Translations under genes and position numbers: made by a program
Assembly: GCA_045863295.1 (NCBI GenBank)
Contig: BTWA01000013.1
Span: 64,001 to 128,000 of the forward strand
Reading direction: 5' to 3'
DNA: 64,000 bases
Source: Candidatus Hydrogenedentota bacterium
GTDB taxonomy: Bacteria > Hydrogenedentota > Hydrogenedentia > Hydrogenedentales > SLHB01
Notes under the pieces: generated by a model
Databases searched by the model: none
Told to the model about the DNA's origin: nothing
The model's input: only the letters and a program-made list of their open reading frames with translations
Shown: in pieces, positions 48,808 through 59,183 of the stretch
Numbering within the stretch: the stretch's first letter is position 1
How the letters are laid out: each line of letters begins with the position of its first letter

Positions 48808-49926
48808 ATGGATCGCGTCGACCTGAAAAAAATGTACCGTACCCGCACCGAGGGCGATTTTCCCGCGACCGTCGAAGTCTTGGGCCAGGCGTACACCAAA
48901 GTGGAAAACTTGCGCTACGGGACCAATCCCCACCAGCCGGCGGCGTTTTACCGGCCGTCCTCCGGCTCGAAACTGGTGCTGGGCGCCTACGAAATGATTA
49001 AGACCGGCAAGAGCGGCTTATCCCAAACCAATCTCGAAGACATGCATCATGCCGTCGGCATCTTGAAGTATTTGCAGAAGCCCGCGGTTGCCGTGATGAA
49101 GCACTGCAACCCCTCCGGCGTGGCCGTGGAAGTCGACGGCATGCCCCTAGCCCACGTGTATGAACGTGCCCGGGACGCCGACAAGCAAGCGGCTTTCGGT
49201 GGGGTTACGGTCCTGAACAGGCCAGTGGATGCGGACACCGCGACGGCTATCATGCAGACCGTCGTGGAAGGCGTGGCGGCGCCCGGATTCACACCAGAGG
49301 CCCTCGCCATCTTGAACGATTCGGAATCGTTCAAGCGAAACAAGGAAATTCGAGTGGTCAAATTGCCGCCGCTCGATTCGCTGCCCAAATTTCTCGAAGA
49401 CGATTCCGGCGTCGTGGAGATGAAAGTATTTGACGACGGCAGTCTCGTCTTGGCGAAACCCTACCTTTCACGCATGAAATCCGTGGCGGACTTTGTACCG
49501 GCCTATTGCGACCATGCCAAGAAAGGCCGGATCGAAATCGCGCGCCAGGCTACCGAACGCGAGTTGTCGGATATGTTGTTCGGGTGGTACGTGAACATCC
49601 ACGTGCGATCCAATGGATGTGTCATTGTCCGCAACGGCCAGACCCTTGCCGTGGGTACCGGCGAGCAGGACCGCGTCGGCGCGGTGCAGCAGGCCATAGA
49701 AAAGGCCAGGAAGAAATACCAGGGGACCGAATCTCTGCAAGGAGCAATCTTGGCCTCGGACGGCTTCTTTCCGTTCCGCGATGCCGTTGACGCCGCCACC
49801 GAGGCAGGAATCACCGCCATTGTTCAGCCTGGGGGCAGCATGAACGATTTTGATGTCATCGAGGCCTGCAATCAGGTGGGCTGTGCCATGGTATTCACCG
49901 GAGAACGATGCTTTTCCCACCATTGA
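48808..49926 (+). CDS. purH: AICAR transformylase (PurH lacking the N-terminal IMP cyclohydrolase domain)
   Basis: LRYGTNPHQPAAFY, MKHCNPSG, AAFGG, SNG, GTGEQDRV, ASDGFFPFRD, QPGGS, TGERCFSH. Confidence 0.88.
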   Translation: MDRVDLKKMYRTRTEGDFPATVEVLGQAYTKVENLRYGTNPHQPAAFYRPSSGSKLVLGAYEMIKTGKSGLSQTNLEDMHHAVGILKYLQKPAVAVMKHCNPSGVAVEVDGMPLAHVYERARDADKQAAFGGVTVLNRPVDADTATAIMQTVVEGVAAPGFTPEALAILNDSESFKRNKEIRVVKLPPLDSLPKFLEDDSGVVEMKVFDDGSLVLAKPYLSRMKSVADFVPAYCDHAKKGRIEIARQATERELSDMLFGWYVNIHVRSNGCVIVRNGQTLAVGTGEQDRVGAVQQAIEKARKKYQGTESLQGAILASDGFFPFRDAVDAATEAGITAIVQPGGSMNDFDVIEACNQVGCAMVFTGERCFSHH

Positions 49927-49963
49927 CAGTGGACACTAGCCCCCAAGTCTCTTGCATTTTTTC

Positions 49964-49990
49964 ACCCGGCACTCGCCGGGTTTTTCTTTT
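49964..49990 (+). terminator. Intrinsic terminator
   Basis: CCCGGC-ACTC-GCCGGG followed by TTTTTCTTTT. Confidence 0.75.
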
Positions 49991-50138
49991 TAACCGATTT
50001 AAATTCAATTAGTTATGGGGTTGAACCTGCGATAGAACAGCTATATGAAACGCACTATCGCTAACTTTGACCGGATCTTTGTAACAGCAATAAATCCTTT
50101 TTGATATAAGCACTTGCCTTGTATACGGATAGAAAAAC

Positions 50139-50168
50139 TTGATATCAAAGCCAAAAATTTTATACAAT
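50139..50168 (+). promoter_or_regulatory. Possible sigma70 promoter
   Basis: TTGATA-18 nt-TACAAT in an AT-rich region upstream of the prepilin-like gene. Confidence 0.4.
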
Positions 50169-50256
50169 CTCATTTGATTTGTATGCTTATCTAACGGGCG
50201 GATAGCATAAAGTTGGCGCTGGCCCGAAAACGAATTGTGCTGGGGGTCTCGAAACT

Positions 50257-51159
50257 ATGTCTACCAAACGGAATTCCGGGTTCACGCTGATTGAACTCCT
50301 TGTCGTCATTGCCATCATCGGCATATTGGCGGCCATTTTGTTGCCCGCGCTCGCTCGCGCGCGCGAAGCCGCACGCCGGGCGTCGTGTCAGAACAATCTC
50401 AAGCAGTTGGGCCTGAGCTTCGCCATGTATTCCGGCGAGAGCCGGGGGTTACTGCCTCCGCGGCGTACATACAACTGCAACGGAACGCTGAGCAGCACCA
50501 TGATTTTTGATGGCGTTGCCGTGATGCCCGAGTACCTTGCCGATGTCGACGTCGTGTGGTGTCCATCCTGGGGAAATCAGGCCGATGCCCTGGAGCGCTA
50601 CGACACGCAGAGCGGCAATAACAACGGCACGGTGGAACCTTGTGAAATCCGCAAGGAACCTTACGACTACACTGGCTTCCTCATCACCGAGGCGGTCAAT
50701 GTAATTGGCACGGCACTCCTCGGTGTTCCCGGGACGGGCCCGAACGGCCGGATCGAAGAGGCCCAATACCTCGGCACTCCGTGGGGTGAACTGGCACAGG
50801 CGAATTTCTCTTCCAACGGCGCCGCGAGCGATCGCGATTTCACCGTATCCGGCGCCCACGCAGGCACCCAAGCGGGTGGAGGCAACAAGATTTACCGGCT
50901 GAAGGAAGGCATTGAGCGGTTTCTCATTACGAATATTAACAGCCCAGCCTCGGGCTCGACGGCGTCAAGCTCGATCCCTGTCATGTGGGATCACATCAGC
51001 ACGCTGGCCCAGGATTACAATCACGTGCCCGGAGGGTGCAATGTGCTGTATCTCGACGGACATGTGAGTTTTATTCGCTACCCGGCTACCAAGTTTCCGG
51101 TGGACGCGGACAGCGCGCGCATTTTCGGCCGATACGATCGCCCGTTTGACGGATTCTAG
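50257..51159 (+). CDS. DUF1559 prepilin-type protein with H-X9-DG motif
   Basis: [51 protein letters not shown]. Confidence 0.92.
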   Translation: MSTKRNSGFTLIELLVVIAIIGILAAILLPALARAREAARRASCQNNLKQLGLSFAMYSGESRGLLPPRRTYNCNGTLSSTMIFDGVAVMPEYLADVDVVWCPSWGNQADALERYDTQSGNNNGTVEPCEIRKEPYDYTGFLITEAVNVIGTALLGVPGTGPNGRIEEAQYLGTPWGELAQANFSSNGAASDRDFTVSGAHAGTQAGGGNKIYRLKEGIERFLITNINSPASGSTASSSIPVMWDHISTLAQDYNHVPGGCNVLYLDGHVSFIRYPATKFPVDADSARIFGRYDRPFDGF

Positions 51160-51185
51160 GCAAACCGCCAGGTTTTGTTCCCATT

Positions 51186-51218
51186 GCGCCCCCGATCCCG
51201 GCAACGGATCGGGGGCGC
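51186..51218. terminator. GC-rich stem-loop
   Basis: GCGCCCCCGATCC-7 nt-GGATCGGGGGCGC, 13-bp perfect stem, no U-tract. Confidence 0.45.
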
Positions 51219-51286
51219 GCGCATGTGTACCTGCGCGCGCCGTGGAAAATGTAGTATCGTGAACGGGTATTGAAGGAGGTTCGTTC

Positions 51287-51703
51287 ATGAAAAAGCTCGC
51301 GGGTTTGTTGATGCTGTGGTGCATGGTCTCGGGTTGTGTCTATGCGAAAGTCGGCGTGCAAATGGAACCCAAGGTCATGCAGGCCAATGACGATTCGCAT
51401 GAACTTCTCCGGCACGTGGTTCTCTTCAAATGGAAAGAAGGCGTCGATCCCGCGGCCATTGCCGCCATCGAAGCGGGGTATGACGAAATGGCCGGTCTTA
51501 TCCCCGAAATCCACGATTTGGAATGGGGGCGGAATATTCCGGCCAACGCGCGCAATCAAGGCTATTCTCACTGCTTGCTCGTGACCTTCAAGAGCGAAGC
51601 CGATCTCGACGCCTATGCGAAACACCCCGAACACAACCGGTTTCGAGACGCGGCCATGCCGTATGTCGAGTCCATAATCGTGGTGGACTATTGGGTTGAA
51701 TAG
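51287..51703 (+). CDS. Dabb-family (stress-responsive A/B barrel) protein with export signal
   Basis: AAGGAGG RBS; LRHVVLFKW, GYSHCLLVTF, Y..HPEH, VVDY. Confidence 0.88.
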   Translation: MKKLAGLLMLWCMVSGCVYAKVGVQMEPKVMQANDDSHELLRHVVLFKWKEGVDPAAIAAIEAGYDEMAGLIPEIHDLEWGRNIPANARNQGYSHCLLVTFKSEADLDAYAKHPEHNRFRDAAMPYVESIIVVDYWVE

Positions 51704-51751
51704 GCGATTGGCCCGCTCCAGCCGGCCGAATCAAAGCTACAGGAAATCAGT

Positions 51752-52078
51752 ATGGATTCAAGACCGCCCATCGGCAGCACCTTCCGGCACGTGGTTCTCT
51801 TCAGGTGGAATCAGGGAATAACCCCGGAGATACTGAACAAGATTTCCGACGGCCTACGCGAAATGCGCGACCGGATCCCCGTGGTGCGCGAAATGGTCTG
51901 GGGTGAAAACGTGCCCGCCAATCTGCGCAATGAAGGATTCACCCATTGCCTCGTGGTGTCTTTCAACACGGAAGCCGACCACGACATCTATCAGGCCCAT
52001 CCGCAACACGACGCGTTTCGCGCACTCATTGCACCGTACAAGGAACACGTAACCGTCATCGACTTCTGGACCGTGTAG
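51752..52078 (+). CDS. Dabb-family protein, cytoplasmic
   Basis: FRHVVLFRW, GFTHCLVVSF, YQAHPQH, VIDF. Confidence 0.88.
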   Translation: MDSRPPIGSTFRHVVLFRWNQGITPEILNKISDGLREMRDRIPVVREMVWGENVPANLRNEGFTHCLVVSFNTEADHDIYQAHPQHDAFRALIAPYKEHVTVIDFWTV

Positions 52079-52081
52079 GCT

Positions 52082-53113
52082 TCAATAACTGAACTTGCCC
52101 AACTCCACCTTGCCCCGAAAGGTCCAATAGATCACGGCGGTATACGCGAGAACAAACGGAATGCCGATGACCGCGAACAGCGTCATCAACCACAGCGTCT
52201 TTTCCGATGACGATGCGTTGAACACGGTAAGGTGATATTCCGGATCGATGTTTGATACCAGCAGATTTGGAAACAAGGCCACGGCAAACAGGAAGTTGAA
52301 CGCCGCTATGGTGCAGCAGGACGAAACGAAGGCGTATACCGGCCGCCCGTGAAACACGGCGCGTGGGATGTTTGCGATGGCGAGCACGTTGAGCCCAACC
52401 ACAATCCATGCCCACGGATAGTGCGTGAAGTTGTACGTCGCCCTGGGCACCGCCTGCAGCGTGTACATTGTCAGAAAGAGAAAGAGCACGAGAAACACGC
52501 CGAAGGCCCTCCAGATCCACGTATGCACGCGCTCCTGCAATTCACCTTCCAGCTTGAGATAAAGATAAATGCTGCCGTGAAGCGCAAACATGCTCACGAC
52601 GAACAAGCCGCAGAGTATGGGATACGGGGTGAGCAACGACAGCAGCGGCGCGCTGAAGGAACGGGTTTCGTCAATGGGCAGGCCAATCATGATGTTGCCG
52701 ACTGCAACGCCAAAGAGAAACGCGGCGGCGGCGCTCGCCGCGCAAAATGCCACGTCCCAACACGCGCGCCACGCCTTGAAATTGAACTTGCTGCGGAATT
52801 CCATCGACACCGCCCGGAAGATCAGCGCGAAGAGCAGCAGCATGAATGGCATATAAAAACCTGAAAACGCGCTCGCGTAGACATCCGGAAAGGCCGCGAA
52901 CAGCGCGCCGCCAAAGGTGACCAGCCACACTTCGTTGCCATCCCACAACGGTCCGATCGAGTTCATGAACAACCGCCGATCCGTGTCGGTGCGCGCAACG
53001 AAATGGAGAATGCCGACACCCAGATCGAAGCCATCCAGGATGGCATATCCGGTGAGCAAAATCCCGAGAAGGAAAAACCAAAGGACCTGAACAAATTCCA
53101 GATCGAACGTCAT
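52082..53113 (-). CDS. cydB: Cytochrome bd ubiquinol oxidase subunit II
   Basis: [30 protein letters not shown]. Confidence 0.95.
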   Translation of the reverse strand: MTFDLEFVQVLWFFLLGILLTGYAILDGFDLGVGILHFVARTDTDRRLFMNSIGPLWDGNEVWLVTFGGALFAAFPDVYASAFSGFYMPFMLLLFALIFRAVSMEFRSKFNFKAWRACWDVAFCAASAAAAFLFGVAVGNIMIGLPIDETRSFSAPLLSLLTPYPILCGLFVVSMFALHGSIYLYLKLEGELQERVHTWIWRAFGVFLVLFLFLTMYTLQAVPRATYNFTHYPWAWIVVGLNVLAIANIPRAVFHGRPVYAFVSSCCTIAAFNFLFAVALFPNLLVSNIDPEYHLTVFNASSSEKTLWLMTLFAVIGIPFVLAYTAVIYWTFRGKVELGKFSY

Positions 53114-54555
53114 GAGGGCCGACCTCCATCATCGCCATCCCGCGTCAAGGAGTGTCCCTTTGCACGGCCGAGCGATGCGGCCGCATCCAACAATTCGCCC
53201 GCGTGGGTGTGATCCGGTGGCTCGACGTGCGGCACGGGTCCCCTCTGAATCTTGCTGTGGAGCACGGAAACCCAAACCGCGAAGAGCATCAGATAGACCA
53301 CGGTAAACAGGAGTATCGACGCAAGTACCTGTTCCGCCACCACATTTTTTGACAAGGCGTCGGGTGTCTTCAGCAGACCCCAAACGATCCACGGTTGCCG
53401 CCCCACTTCGGCGGCCACCCACCCGGCCTGATTGGCCACGTAGGGGCCGATGACCGAGAACACAAAGATCCACAAAAGCCATCGTTGGGTCCAGATCGTG
53501 CCTCGCCACACCGAAACCGCTCCGTACCCCAGCAGCGCCATGAAGTACAGGCCGAGCGCGACCATCAAGTGATAACTTTGAAAGGCAATGCTCACGGGCG
53601 GCCATTCGTCGCGAGGCACTTGATCGAGCCCAGGCACCGGTTTGGTGAAACTGTCATGCACCAGAAAGCTCAGCATGCCCGGTATGGCGATTCCGAATTT
53701 CACCGTGCGCGCTTCCACGTCGGGCACGCCAAAAAGCCAAAGTGGAGCTCCGCCATCGCCGGTCTCGAAATGCCCTTCAAATGCGGCCAGCTTCGACGGC
53801 TGGTGTTCGGCCACCATGCGCGCTTGGGAGTGGCCGGAAATCGGGGCGGCAAACGCACACACCAATCCAACACACAGCGCCGGCACGAACATCTTCCGCG
53901 CGGCGTCTTCATGCCGGTTATGCAGCAAATACCACGCGCTGATGCTCATGACAAAGAATGCGCCAAGCAGGCCACACCCAATCCACACATGAACCAGACG
54001 GTCGATGCTCGAAGGATTGAACACCATGGCCCAGAAATCGGTAATCTCGGCGCGCGCGTTCATTCCTTCACCCACGATGTGAAATCCGGCGGGGGTCTGC
54101 TGCCACGAATTGGCCACGGTAATCCACACCGAGGAAAACAGCGCGCCTGTGGCCACCATGCACGTGGAGAAAAAATGCATCTTCTTGCCGACCCGATCCC
54201 ACCCGAACACCAGCACGGCCAGGAAGCCGGACTCCAGAAAGAACGCGAAGATGCCCTCAGCCGCCAATGCCGACCCGAACACGTCGCCGACAAAGCGGGA
54301 ATACGTGGCCCAATTCGTCCCGAACTGAAACTCCATCACGATGCCGGTGGCAACTCCCATGGCGAATACCACGGCAAATAGCCCCGTGAGGAAGCGCGCG
54401 ATGGATTCGTACTGCCGGTTGCCGGTTTTCAGGTAGAGGGCTTCGATGATCACCATGATCCACCCCAAGCCGATCGACAGGGGCGGAAAGAGATAATGAA
54501 ACATGATCGTCAACGCAAACTGCAGACGGGACAGAATAAGTACATCGAGTTCCAT
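53110..54555 (-). CDS. cydA: Cytochrome bd ubiquinol oxidase subunit I
   Basis: [48 protein letters not shown]. Confidence 0.95.
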   Translation of the reverse strand: MELDVLILSRLQFALTIMFHYLFPPLSIGLGWIMVIIEALYLKTGNRQYESIARFLTGLFAVVFAMGVATGIVMEFQFGTNWATYSRFVGDVFGSALAAEGIFAFFLESGFLAVLVFGWDRVGKKMHFFSTCMVATGALFSSVWITVANSWQQTPAGFHIVGEGMNARAEITDFWAMVFNPSSIDRLVHVWIGCGLLGAFFVMSISAWYLLHNRHEDAARKMFVPALCVGLVCAFAAPISGHSQARMVAEHQPSKLAAFEGHFETGDGGAPLWLFGVPDVEARTVKFGIAIPGMLSFLVHDSFTKPVPGLDQVPRDEWPPVSIAFQSYHLMVALGLYFMALLGYGAVSVWRGTIWTQRWLLWIFVFSVIGPYVANQAGWVAAEVGRQPWIVWGLLKTPDALSKNVVAEQVLASILLFTVVYLMLFAVWVSVLHSKIQRGPVPHVEPPDHTHAGELLDAAASLGRAKGHSLTRDGDDGGRPS

Positions 54556-54680
54556 ACTGCATTCTCCCGATGACGTGACCGGCCTATGTGCGCCTTGCAG
54601 CGAATATGAGGAATTGCCGGAATACGAATCCAAGAGTAGACGCTTTGGCCACCGCGATCAACCAACAAATATCAATGTCG

Positions 54681-56294
54681 TTACGCGCCTTGGATGAACT
54701 TGTCGTGTCCTTTCCAGAGTTCGTTCCGCATCACGTATTTCTGAATCTTGCCCGTACTCGTCTTGGGAAGCGGACCAAATACAACGCGCGTCGGACATTT
54801 GTAATGGGCAATATGTTCGCGGCAGAACGCTATCAGCGTATCCTGATCCAGCGACTGACCCTCCTTTAGCGTAACGAATGCAACCGGGGTCTCGCCCCAT
54901 TTTTCGTGGGGCGCGCCTACGACTGCGCACTCCAGCACGGCGGGATTCCGGTAAATTGTTTGCTCTACTTCGATGGAGGATACATTCTCGCCGCCGGTAA
55001 TGATGATGTCCTTCTTGCGATCACGCAACTCAATGTACCCATCGGGATGCATGACGGCTATGTCGCCGCTGTGAAACCAACCTCCGCGAAATGCTTCTGC
55101 GGTCGCTTCCGGCTCGTTGTAATAGCCTTTCATGACCATGTTGCCACGCATGACCACCTCGCCCTGCGTCTCCGCATCGGCGGGCACATCGATCATGTTC
55201 TCGTCCACCACGCGCAACCCGTCCGCCGTGATGTAGCCAACACCCTGCCGCGCCATCAGCCGCGCGCGATCATCGGCGAACAATTCCTTCCAATGGGGTT
55301 GGTGCGCGGAGATGGTGTAGGGACCATAGGTTTCCGTCAGGCCATAGATGTGATGCACCTTGGCGCCCAACTCCGCCAAGTGACCAATAAGCGTGGGGGA
55401 GGGAGGTGCGCCCGCCGTGGTGACGGTCAAGGGATGCTTCAGCTTGCGCGGGCGGTTCGCATCGTTCAACAGTGAAATCATCACTACCGGAGCGCCATTT
55501 ACATGAGTGACTTTTTCTTCCTCCAACAACCGCCACACGACCGGCGGATCCACGCGCCTCAGACAGACGTGTCTTCCACCCGCCGCTGTCACGGCCCAGG
55601 TAAAGCACCAGCCATTGCAGTGAAACATCGGCAGCGTCCACAAAAAGACCGACTCCGCGGTCAATCCCATTTCCAGGCACTCGCCCAACGCGTTGATGTA
55701 GGCGCCTCGATGATGAAACATCACCCCTTTGGGCCGGCCCGTCGTGCCGCTGGTGTAGTTGATGGAGATAGTCTCCATCTCATCGTTCAAGACCCACGGC
55801 ACGGACGCAGGCGATCCCGATTCCAGGAATGCGTCGAAATCCATCCCGGGCAACGGTTGGTGGCCGCTGACATCGTGAATGTTGATGATGTGCTTGACGG
55901 TTGTGAGATTCGCACGAACGGGCTCGATAAGTTTGGCCAGTTCTGTGTCGACAAACAGAAATGACGAACCCGAATGGTTGAGAATGTACTCGATTTCCTC
56001 CGAACTTAACCGCGTATTCACCGCCACCAATACGCCGCCCGCCAGCGGCACCGCAAAATGGGCTTCGAGCATGGGGGGAATGTTGGGGCTTAAGTAAGCC
56101 ACGCGATCGCCGGGTTGAAGGCCGAGCGCGCGCAAGGCCGAGGCTTGCCTGTTTATCCGTTCCGCGAACTCGGTGTAGGTGAAGCGCTGGTCGCCATGTA
56201 CCACCGCCACCTTGTCCCGATACGTCCACGCGCTGCGCGCCAGCAAGGTCAGTGGCGTCAAGTGGACTCGGCATACCGCAAACGGATCAAGCAT
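54681..56294 (-). CDS. Acyl-CoA synthetase (AMP-forming)
   Basis: NYTSGTTGRPKG, YGLTETY, GWFHSGD, DRKKD, PKTSTGKIQK. Confidence 0.92.
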   Translation of the reverse strand: MLDPFAVCRVHLTPLTLLARSAWTYRDKVAVVHGDQRFTYTEFAERINRQASALRALGLQPGDRVAYLSPNIPPMLEAHFAVPLAGGVLVAVNTRLSSEEIEYILNHSGSSFLFVDTELAKLIEPVRANLTTVKHIINIHDVSGHQPLPGMDFDAFLESGSPASVPWVLNDEMETISINYTSGTTGRPKGVMFHHRGAYINALGECLEMGLTAESVFLWTLPMFHCNGWCFTWAVTAAGGRHVCLRRVDPPVVWRLLEEEKVTHVNGAPVVMISLLNDANRPRKLKHPLTVTTAGAPPSPTLIGHLAELGAKVHHIYGLTETYGPYTISAHQPHWKELFADDRARLMARQGVGYITADGLRVVDENMIDVPADAETQGEVVMRGNMVMKGYYNEPEATAEAFRGGWFHSGDIAVMHPDGYIELRDRKKDIIITGGENVSSIEVEQTIYRNPAVLECAVVGAPHEKWGETPVAFVTLKEGQSLDQDTLIAFCREHIAHYKCPTRVVFGPLPKTSTGKIQKYVMRNELWKGHDKFIQGA

Positions 56295-56420
56295 GCAACT
56301 CCCCCCGCGCCCAATACCGCGGCGCTGACATCGGTTGAATATAGTGTCGCCCAGGATGGGCACACTCTAATCAATGGGGAGGGACCGGGGCAATTCCGCG
56401 TTGCCGTGGCGGCGAAGCCG

Positions 56421-57893
56421 CTACCGTTCGGAGATTCGCCCGATAATCGACGTCGTGGACTTGCCCTCCACGCCGGGGATGATGGCAATCTTGCCGCCAT
56501 ACCCCTCGACCAGGCGGCGCTCTTCCTGCACCACCGTGTCGAGCGTATAGTCGCCGCCCTTGGCGTAGAAGTCGGGTTGCAGTGCCTTCAGGTACTCCAT
56601 CGGCGTGGGATCGCCAAAGACCGTTACAATGGAAACGCAGTCCAGAGCGGCAAGCACAAAGGCGCGTTCGTCCTCCGGGATAATGGGACGTCCTTCGCCT
56701 TTGATGGATCGCACGGAAACATCGCTGTTCATGCCCACGATGAGCACATCCCCGAGTTCGGCCGCGCGCTGCAGATAGGTAATGTGCCCCACGTGGAGGA
56801 TGTCGAAACAGCCGTTGGTCCAGACGATCTTTTTGCCTTCCTTGCGCAATCGATCGACCGCTGTCTTGACCTGCTCCAGGGTCTGAACTTTGGTGGGACG
56901 GTCTTTGCGCTCAAAGGCCGTGAGGAGTTCCTCCGCCGATACAGTGACCACGCCGGGCTTTTGCACAGCCACGCCCGCGGCATAGTTGGCTACGAGCGCT
57001 GCTTCCCGCAATGTGCCGCCCGCAAGCCGCGTCAGGGTAATGGCGGCGGTGGCGGTATCACCCGCGCCGGTGACGTCGCGCACGTCGCGCGGCGCGACGG
57101 TGGCGGCTACCACGTCCAAGGGCGCATCCTTGGTAAAGATGGAGATTCCTTTTTCGCCGCAGGTGACCATGGCACATGCCGCGACTTCGAGCAATGCTTT
57201 GCCCGCCTGCTGCAGCGAGGCATCATCCTTGACGGAAATGCCGGTGCCAATACCGGCCTCTCGGTCGTTCGGCACAACGATGTCGAAGCCCTTGAGCTTG
57301 CCAGCGCGCGCACGGGAGTCGCCCACGGTAAGGAGTTTATGTTTCTTTGCCGCGGCCACAATCTCGGATAGCACCCGTTCTGTGCAGACCGAAGAAACCT
57401 GATCGACAACCACGATCGCATCCACTTGGGCGGCAAGCGTGTGAATGTTCGCGATGATCTCGTCTTCCACCGCGCCGCTGACAAATACGGGCGACGGCGT
57501 GTCGGTGCGCAGGATTTCCTGTGCCGGTATGTTGTGTCCGCCCGCGCGCAGTTTGCCATAGGTGTTGGTGGCCCGACCGGGGTTGGTGACGATGTGCGAT
57601 GTGTCCACGTGTCGCACGTGAAATTCGTGCTTCACAATACCGGCATTCACATCGTCGCCCACATAACCGATCATGTAGGTCTTGGCGCCGAGCGAAGCCA
57701 CATTACAGGCCGCATTGCCCGCCGCGCCCGGGTTGTAGCGTCGTTGATGCACTTCATAGATCGGAATCGGAGCCTCAAGACTAATGCCCGTCATGACACC
57801 GTCCACGTACTCATCGAGATAGATGTCGCCCACAACAAGCACTCGGGCCTTCTTGAACTGCTCCACAAACCCACGAAATTGCGCTGCGTCCAT
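56421..57893 (-). CDS. hldE: Bifunctional heptose kinase / ADP-heptose synthase
   Basis: PfkB domain (VVGDIYLD, DVTGAGDT) plus cytidylyltransferase domain (TNGCFDILHVGH, KGGDY). Confidence 0.88.
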   Translation of the reverse strand: MDAAQFRGFVEQFKKARVLVVGDIYLDEYVDGVMTGISLEAPIPIYEVHQRRYNPGAAGNAACNVASLGAKTYMIGYVGDDVNAGIVKHEFHVRHVDTSHIVTNPGRATNTYGKLRAGGHNIPAQEILRTDTPSPVFVSGAVEDEIIANIHTLAAQVDAIVVVDQVSSVCTERVLSEIVAAAKKHKLLTVGDSRARAGKLKGFDIVVPNDREAGIGTGISVKDDASLQQAGKALLEVAACAMVTCGEKGISIFTKDAPLDVVAATVAPRDVRDVTGAGDTATAAITLTRLAGGTLREAALVANYAAGVAVQKPGVVTVSAEELLTAFERKDRPTKVQTLEQVKTAVDRLRKEGKKIVWTNGCFDILHVGHITYLQRAAELGDVLIVGMNSDVSVRSIKGEGRPIIPEDERAFVLAALDCVSIVTVFGDPTPMEYLKALQPDFYAKGGDYTLDTVVQEERRLVEGYGGKIAIIPGVEGKSTTSIIGRISER

Positions 57894-57999
57894 GACTCTC
57901 TTTCCCGATGCCCCCGCGGCCAAACACCGCCCTGTACAGGAGGATATTGCGTTTCTGTCGACACTCCGTCACTACACTACACGAAAGGCCTCGCGATGC

Positions 58000-59145
58000 T
58001 CAGCTTCCCCCGCCAAGAGCGCGTTTCAGCTTCTCCATGAAGCCTTCTTTCAACGGATAGGTTTTTTCGTTGCTCAATTCCTGAAAGCGCTCAATCAGTT
58101 CCCGCTGTTCGCGCGAGATTTTTGTGGGCGTTTCCACCTGGATTCGCACGATCTGATCGCCTTTGTGGTATCCCCGCAAATCGCGAATTCCCATATTACG
58201 CAGCCGGAACAACGTGCCGGACTGGGTGCCCGCGGGAACTTTGAGTTCGGCATCGCCGATAAGCGTAGGCACGCGAATGGTATCGCCCAAAATGGCCTGA
58301 GCAAAGCTGACGGGCACGTCGCACATGACGTCGTTGCCTTCGCGCGCGAATATTTCATCCTGCTCTACTTCAACAAAAATGTACAAGTCGCCGCGCGGTC
58401 CGCCGTGATCTCCGGGTTCGCCTTCGCCCGAAAGTCGCAGGCGCGATCCCGTGTCCACGCCGGCCGGCAAATCAACCGAAAGTTCGCGTTCCACCCGTGT
58501 GCGTCCGGAAGCCGAGCATTTCGGGCAGGGCTTGGAAATCAGCGTGCCGGCGCCCCGGCACTTCGGACAGGTTTGCGTGACGCTGAAAAAACCCTGAGCC
58601 CGGCGTACCTGGCCCGCACCGCCGCACTCCGGGCATGGCTCCGCCTTCGCTCCCGCGGCAGCGCCGGACCCGCGGCAATCGGAACAAATCTCGTGGCGAT
58701 TGAAACGGACCGTCTTCTTGGCGCCTTTCGCGGCTTCACGCAACGTCAGGCGAACGCGCATCTCAAGGTCATTGCCCGGCCGCGGACGCGCTCCGCGGCC
58801 GCGGCCTCCCCCTTGACCGCCCCGGCCGAACAGCATGTCAAACAAGTCGTCGAACTGCTCGAACCCGCCTGCTTGCCCGCCGCCGAATCCGCCAAAGCCG
58901 CCGCCCGCGCCGCCGAATTGGTCGCCCATGTGGCCGAACTGATCGTACTTGGCGCGCTTGTCGGAATTCTTGAGCACGTCGTACGCCTCGTTGATCTCCT
59001 TCAGCTTCTCCTCGGCGGCCTTGTCGCCACCCGTTTTATCGGGGTGGTATTTGTGGGCCAGCTTAAGATATGCCTTCCGGATTTCGTCGGTCGAGGCGTC
59101 TCGCTTCACGCCGAGTATGTCATAGAAATCGCGTTTGGAGGCCAT
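58000..59145 (-). CDS. dnaJ: Chaperone DnaJ
   Basis: J domain HPD, G/F region, four CxxCxGxG-type repeats. Confidence 0.97.
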   Translation of the reverse strand: MASKRDFYDILGVKRDASTDEIRKAYLKLAHKYHPDKTGGDKAAEEKLKEINEAYDVLKNSDKRAKYDQFGHMGDQFGGAGGGFGGFGGGQAGGFEQFDDLFDMLFGRGGQGGGRGRGARPRPGNDLEMRVRLTLREAAKGAKKTVRFNRHEICSDCRGSGAAAGAKAEPCPECGGAGQVRRAQGFFSVTQTCPKCRGAGTLISKPCPKCSASGRTRVERELSVDLPAGVDTGSRLRLSGEGEPGDHGGPRGDLYIFVEVEQDEIFAREGNDVMCDVPVSFAQAILGDTIRVPTLIGDAELKVPAGTQSGTLFRLRNMGIRDLRGYHKGDQIVRIQVETPTKISREQRELIERFQELSNEKTYPLKEGFMEKLKRALGGGS

Positions 59146-59183
59146 GGGTCAGCGTGTCTTCCCCTGCCGATCAGTGGCCGGCA

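Noticed and set aside
56115..57371. 418-aa plus-strand ORF
   Set aside because: Lies antisense to hldE and the acyl-CoA synthetase start; no recognisable domain
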